Positions 43,470-46,523 of a stretch of 46,523 nt of DNA are shown here, piece by piece. Numbering within the stretch: position 1 is the stretch's first letter; each line of letters starts with the position of its first letter. Where the stretch lies: NCBI GenBank assembly GCA_943356775.1, contig CALRFU010000002.1, positions 1 through 46,523 of the forward strand, read 5' to 3'. Origin of the DNA: Candidatus Nomurabacteria bacterium. GTDB lineage: Bacteria > Patescibacteriota > Minisyncoccia > Phycocordibacterales > UBA2100. Below the pieces are notes generated by a model, which saw nothing but the letters and a program-made list of their open reading frames with translations, searched no databases and was not told where the DNA came from. The position numbers were made by a program, and so were the translations under genes.

Positions 43470-45250
43470 CTCTCCCTGACCACCTTTAAGAAGACATCGT
43501 TCGGGATGTCTACCTTGCCGCGCGCAAGCATCTTCTTCTTGCCTTTCTTTTGCTTGTCACGGAGTTTCATCTTTCGTGTGATATCGCCGCCGTACATATG
43601 CTGTGTGACATCTTTCTTCATAGCCGAAAGACGGCGCGACGCGATAATACGACCCCCTGCTCTCGCCTGTATCTTGAGTTCAAACATCTGCCGCGGTAAA
43701 AGCTTCTCAAGTCGTTCTACCATAGCCTCAGCCTCGAGATTGATGCGTCTCCCTGAAACAATGCGCGAGAATGCCGGCACCACCTCTTCGGCGACCAATA
43801 CATCGAGACGCACCACATGTGCCTCCCGTAGCCCGAGTATCTCGTACGAGAGGGACGCAAATCCCGATGATGTACTTTTTAGACGGTCGAAAAATCCGCG
43901 CATAAGCTCCCGGAGGGGCATGAGCGAGTGAATCTCCATCTTGCCATCCGGCAAGGTTTCAGTATTTCCCACTTCTGCCTCGTGGTCGTACAGAAGTTGC
44001 GAGATGCCGCCGATATAATCGGAGGGTGTCAAAATCGTCACACTTGCCCACTTTTCCCGCACCTTCTTTACCGTACCGTCGTCCGGAAAGCGCGCGGGAG
44101 AGTATATTTCTTCGACAGAATCGTCCGCCTTCGTTATCTCGTATACCGTTGTCGGCTGAGTAACAACGAGTTCCATATTAAATTCCCGCCGCAAACGTTC
44201 GATGATTATTTCAAGATGTAACATTCCCAAAAAGCCGCAACGGAATCCTCTCCCCATGACGCCGGAAGATTCTTCCTCATACGACAGTGATGAGTCGGAC
44301 AATTTGAGTTTGTCCAACGATTGACGCAACATAGTAAGATCATCCTGACTTTCAGGATAGACGCTCGCCCAAATAACGGGTGTCGGGGCAAGGTACCCGT
44401 GAAGCGCAATCGCCGGCCGCTTACTCTGCGTAATCGTGTCCCCCACCGATGCAATTCCCGGCTTTTTTATACCCGTCACAATGTACCCGATTTCACCCGA
44501 TTCGAGGGAGTCACGAGGCGCCTCGCCGGGCATGAGCACGCCGACTTCAAGCGCGATGAAATCTGCCCCCGCCGCTACGAACCGGAGATAATCACCCTTC
44601 TTAAATTGCCCGCCAAATATTCTCAGATACACAATGATGCCGCGATGGTCTGAATACCCGAAGTCAAAGATAAGCCCCTGTGCGTCGGTCATAGCCACTG
44701 AGGGCGGCGGTACCCGCTCGATGATTGCATCGAGGAGCGCGGAGACCCCCTCCCCCGTCCTCCCTGAGCAACCCAGGACTTGAGATTCTTCTACCCCAAG
44801 AAGCATCGCCAATTCCGTCGTGATTTCTGCCCTCCGTGCGTGTGGTGCATCAATTTTTGAAACTACCGGAATGATGACGAGATCGAGCTTCTTTGCGACT
44901 GCAAGAACCGAGAGCGTTTGAGCCTCGACTCCCTGCGTCGCATCAACGAGGAGAATAACGCCTTCGACCGCGGTGAGCGCGCGTGACACTTCATACGAAA
45001 AATCCACGTGCCCGGGAGTATCAATGAGGTTAAGGACGTATGAAGTGCCGGAGTTCTTCCACTCCATGCGGACCGGAGCCATCTTGATAGTGATTCCGCG
45101 CTCGCGCTCGAGGTCCATCTTATCCAAGACTTGCGCTTGCATATTTCTCGCCTCAATCGTACCGGTCAATTCAAGCATCCGGTCGGCAAGCGTGGACTTG
45201 CCGTGGTCAATGTGAGCGATGATAGAAAAATTTCGTATGTGAGATGCCAT
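43466..45250 (-). CDS. lepA: Elongation factor 4 (LepA)
   Basis: IRNFSIIAHIDHGKSTLADR, ERERGITIK, DTPGHVDF, GFRCGFLGMLH, YGGDITRK.KL. Confidence 0.98.
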   Translation of the reverse strand: MASHIRNFSIIAHIDHGKSTLADRMLELTGTIEARNMQAQVLDKMDLERERGITIKMAPVRMEWKNSGTSYVLNLIDTPGHVDFSYEVSRALTAVEGVILLVDATQGVEAQTLSVLAVAKKLDLVIIPVVSKIDAPHARRAEITTELAMLLGVEESQVLGCSGRTGEGVSALLDAIIERVPPPSVAMTDAQGLIFDFGYSDHRGIIVYLRIFGGQFKKGDYLRFVAAGADFIALEVGVLMPGEAPRDSLESGEIGYIVTGIKKPGIASVGDTITQSKRPAIALHGYLAPTPVIWASVYPESQDDLTMLRQSLDKLKLSDSSLSYEEESSGVMGRGFRCGFLGMLHLEIIIERLRREFNMELVVTQPTTVYEITKADDSVEEIYSPARFPDDGTVKKVREKWASVTILTPSDYIGGISQLLYDHEAEVGNTETLPDGKMEIHSLMPLRELMRGFFDRLKSTSSGFASLSYEILGLREAHVVRLDVLVAEEVVPAFSRIVSGRRINLEAEAMVERLEKLLPRQMFELKIQARAGGRIIASRRLSAMKKDVTQHMYGGDITRKMKLRDKQKKGKKKMLARGKVDIPNDVFLKVVRES

Positions 45251-45280
45251 AAGTATGTGATCCGGTTGGGTGCGGGGATG

Positions 45281-46523
45281 CTACTGCAGAGTGGTCGGAC
45301 TGCTCTCTTCCGAGGACACCACGGCGGTTTGCGGAATCGGGATAGAAATTCCCCGAAGACGCCCGCGGATGACCTCCGTGATTTCCGTGAATTCACGGCT
45401 TCTCAAGAGAGCGTACACGAGTCCTGCGACTATAATCCCAAAAGCTCCTGCGACAAAGCCTCGCGTAAAGACCGAGAGCGTTGTCGATGCAAGGGTAATC
45501 GGACCTATCACGACGAGCACGGCGTACGCAGCGCTTCCGGCGAGTAGCGCGGCTATAGCACTTTGAGCCCACGCGCGCCATACGCGGGAAAGGAATCCGG
45601 AGAAACGTCGCTCGAAATGCAGCACAAGCACCAGTGTGCCGAGGATGGAGACGCTGGCCGATGCAAAGGCGAGTGCCAAAACAGTACTTCCCGGCACATC
45701 CACCACACGCAAGAGTCCCTGCGCGAGCTCAGAAATGATCTTGTTTTGGAATACCCCTATGAGTATCGCACCGAGGCCGACCGTGGAGAGAGCGGTACCC
45801 AAGGCGACCAAGAACGGTACAAACGTGCGCCCCGACGCGTAGTATCCGCGGACGAGCAGGAATGTAATCCCCTGTGCCGTGAGGGAAAGTGAGAGTAAAG
45901 CCAAGACCGCAGCCGTAAGGCGTGTATCGGTCCAATCGAAAGCTCCGCTTCCCAATATGACCCGTACGATATGTGCGCGCAGTACGATAATGAGGGCGGT
46001 AGCGGGAAGCGACCAGAATACGACGAGCCGGGCAGCGTTTGCGATGTGTTCGACAAAGAACGCTTTGTCACCACGCGAAAATGCCGCAGCGAGTATCGGG
46101 AACGCGGCGACAGAATACGATGCGCCGATGACGGCAAGAGGAACCGCCTGGAGGTTGGACGCAAACATAAAAACGGCGATAGATCCGGGGACCAGTGTGC
46201 CCGCAAGCGCCACCATTCCGATGAATGAAATCTGATTCATGGAAAGTGCGAGAGCTCGGGGTATTGATATCTTCACCGTCTGCAGAAAAATTTGCGGCTT
46301 GAAAGCCGTGGGCCACGAATGGAAGAATCCGTCGGAAAAGACTGATGGTATTTGTATCGCGACATGCATACAAGCCCCGAGAACAACGCCTACGCCAAGT
46401 CCGGTGAGTCCCCAGTGCGGATAGAAAAAGAGTATACCGCTTATGATGCCCGCGTTGTAGAGCAGCGGAGACAGGGCGTAGAGAGCGTACCGCTTCCGGA
46501 TCTGGGTTATTGCGCCGAATATG
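45281..46523 (-). CDS. murJ: Lipid II flippase MurJ/MviN, partial (5' end outside window)
   Basis: Frame open to the window edge (LSPLLYNAGII..GLGVGVVLG); NLQAVPLAVIGASYSVAAFP, GAFDW..T..TA, RGYYA.G.T..P. Confidence 0.92.
   Translation of the reverse strand, partial: IFGAITQIRKRYALYALSPLLYNAGIISGILFFYPHWGLTGLGVGVVLGACMHVAIQIPSVFSDGFFHSWPTAFKPQIFLQTVKISIPRALALSMNQISFIGMVALAGTLVPGSIAVFMFASNLQAVPLAVIGASYSVAAFPILAAAFSRGDKAFFVEHIANAARLVVFWSLPATALIIVLRAHIVRVILGSGAFDWTDTRLTAAVLALLSLSLTAQGITFLLVRGYYASGRTFVPFLVALGTALSTVGLGAILIGVFQNKIISELAQGLLRVVDVPGSTVLALAFASASVSILGTLVLVLHFERRFSGFLSRVWRAWAQSAIAALLAGSAAYAVLVVIGPITLASTTLSVFTRGFVAGAFGIIVAGLVYALLRSREFTEITEVIRGRLRGISIPIPQTAVVSSEESSPTTLQ

Noticed and set aside
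1-46523. CRISPR array or cas genes
   Set aside because: No regularly spaced direct repeats and no Cas motifs were seen.
1-46523. Alternative genetic code (TGA = Gly/Trp)
   Set aside because: Conserved genes are uninterrupted, and several end at TGA at the expected length (for example purE, purQ, the ATP-grasp gene and VIT1).

Overview
A 46.5 kb stretch of bacterial chromosome using the standard genetic code. The compact gene set, divergent proteins and intergenic hairpin repeats suggest a Patescibacteria/CPR (Parcubacteria-like) genome; this taxonomy is inferred, not established. The window holds about 50 CDSs and four tRNAs (Asn-GTT, Phe-GAA, Arg-CCT, Gly-CCC). It includes a partial de novo purine cluster (purL, purQ, purE, purM, purC, purB and a stand-alone PurH N-terminal domain), a folate/thymidylate cluster, a sugar-utilisation cluster, a thiol-redox cluster, hisS, lepA and murJ. 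The best candidate for a new system is the thymidylate cluster (18.9-23.4 kb). Its ThyA homologue carries Asp at the Asn position that sets dUMP specificity, which is the dCMP-methylase signature. Its Dcd homologue lacks the catalytic deaminase Glu but keeps dUTPase-type hydrolysis motifs. A dCMP-deaminase-family gene is divergently coupled to tmk and glyA. Together these suggest a dUMP-independent route: dCTP -> dCMP -> 5-methyl-dCMP -> dTMP. Other observations: an HTH/LAGLIDADG-like ORF whose stop codon lies in the tRNA-Arg anticodon loop, flanked by inverted tRNA 3'-end remnants; a small element at tRNA-Phe with direct and inverted copies of the tRNA 3' end; a family of structured intergenic elements; and widespread leaderless gene starts contrasting with SD-led single-gene cassettes. 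All family calls come from motif recognition by eye; no searches were run.
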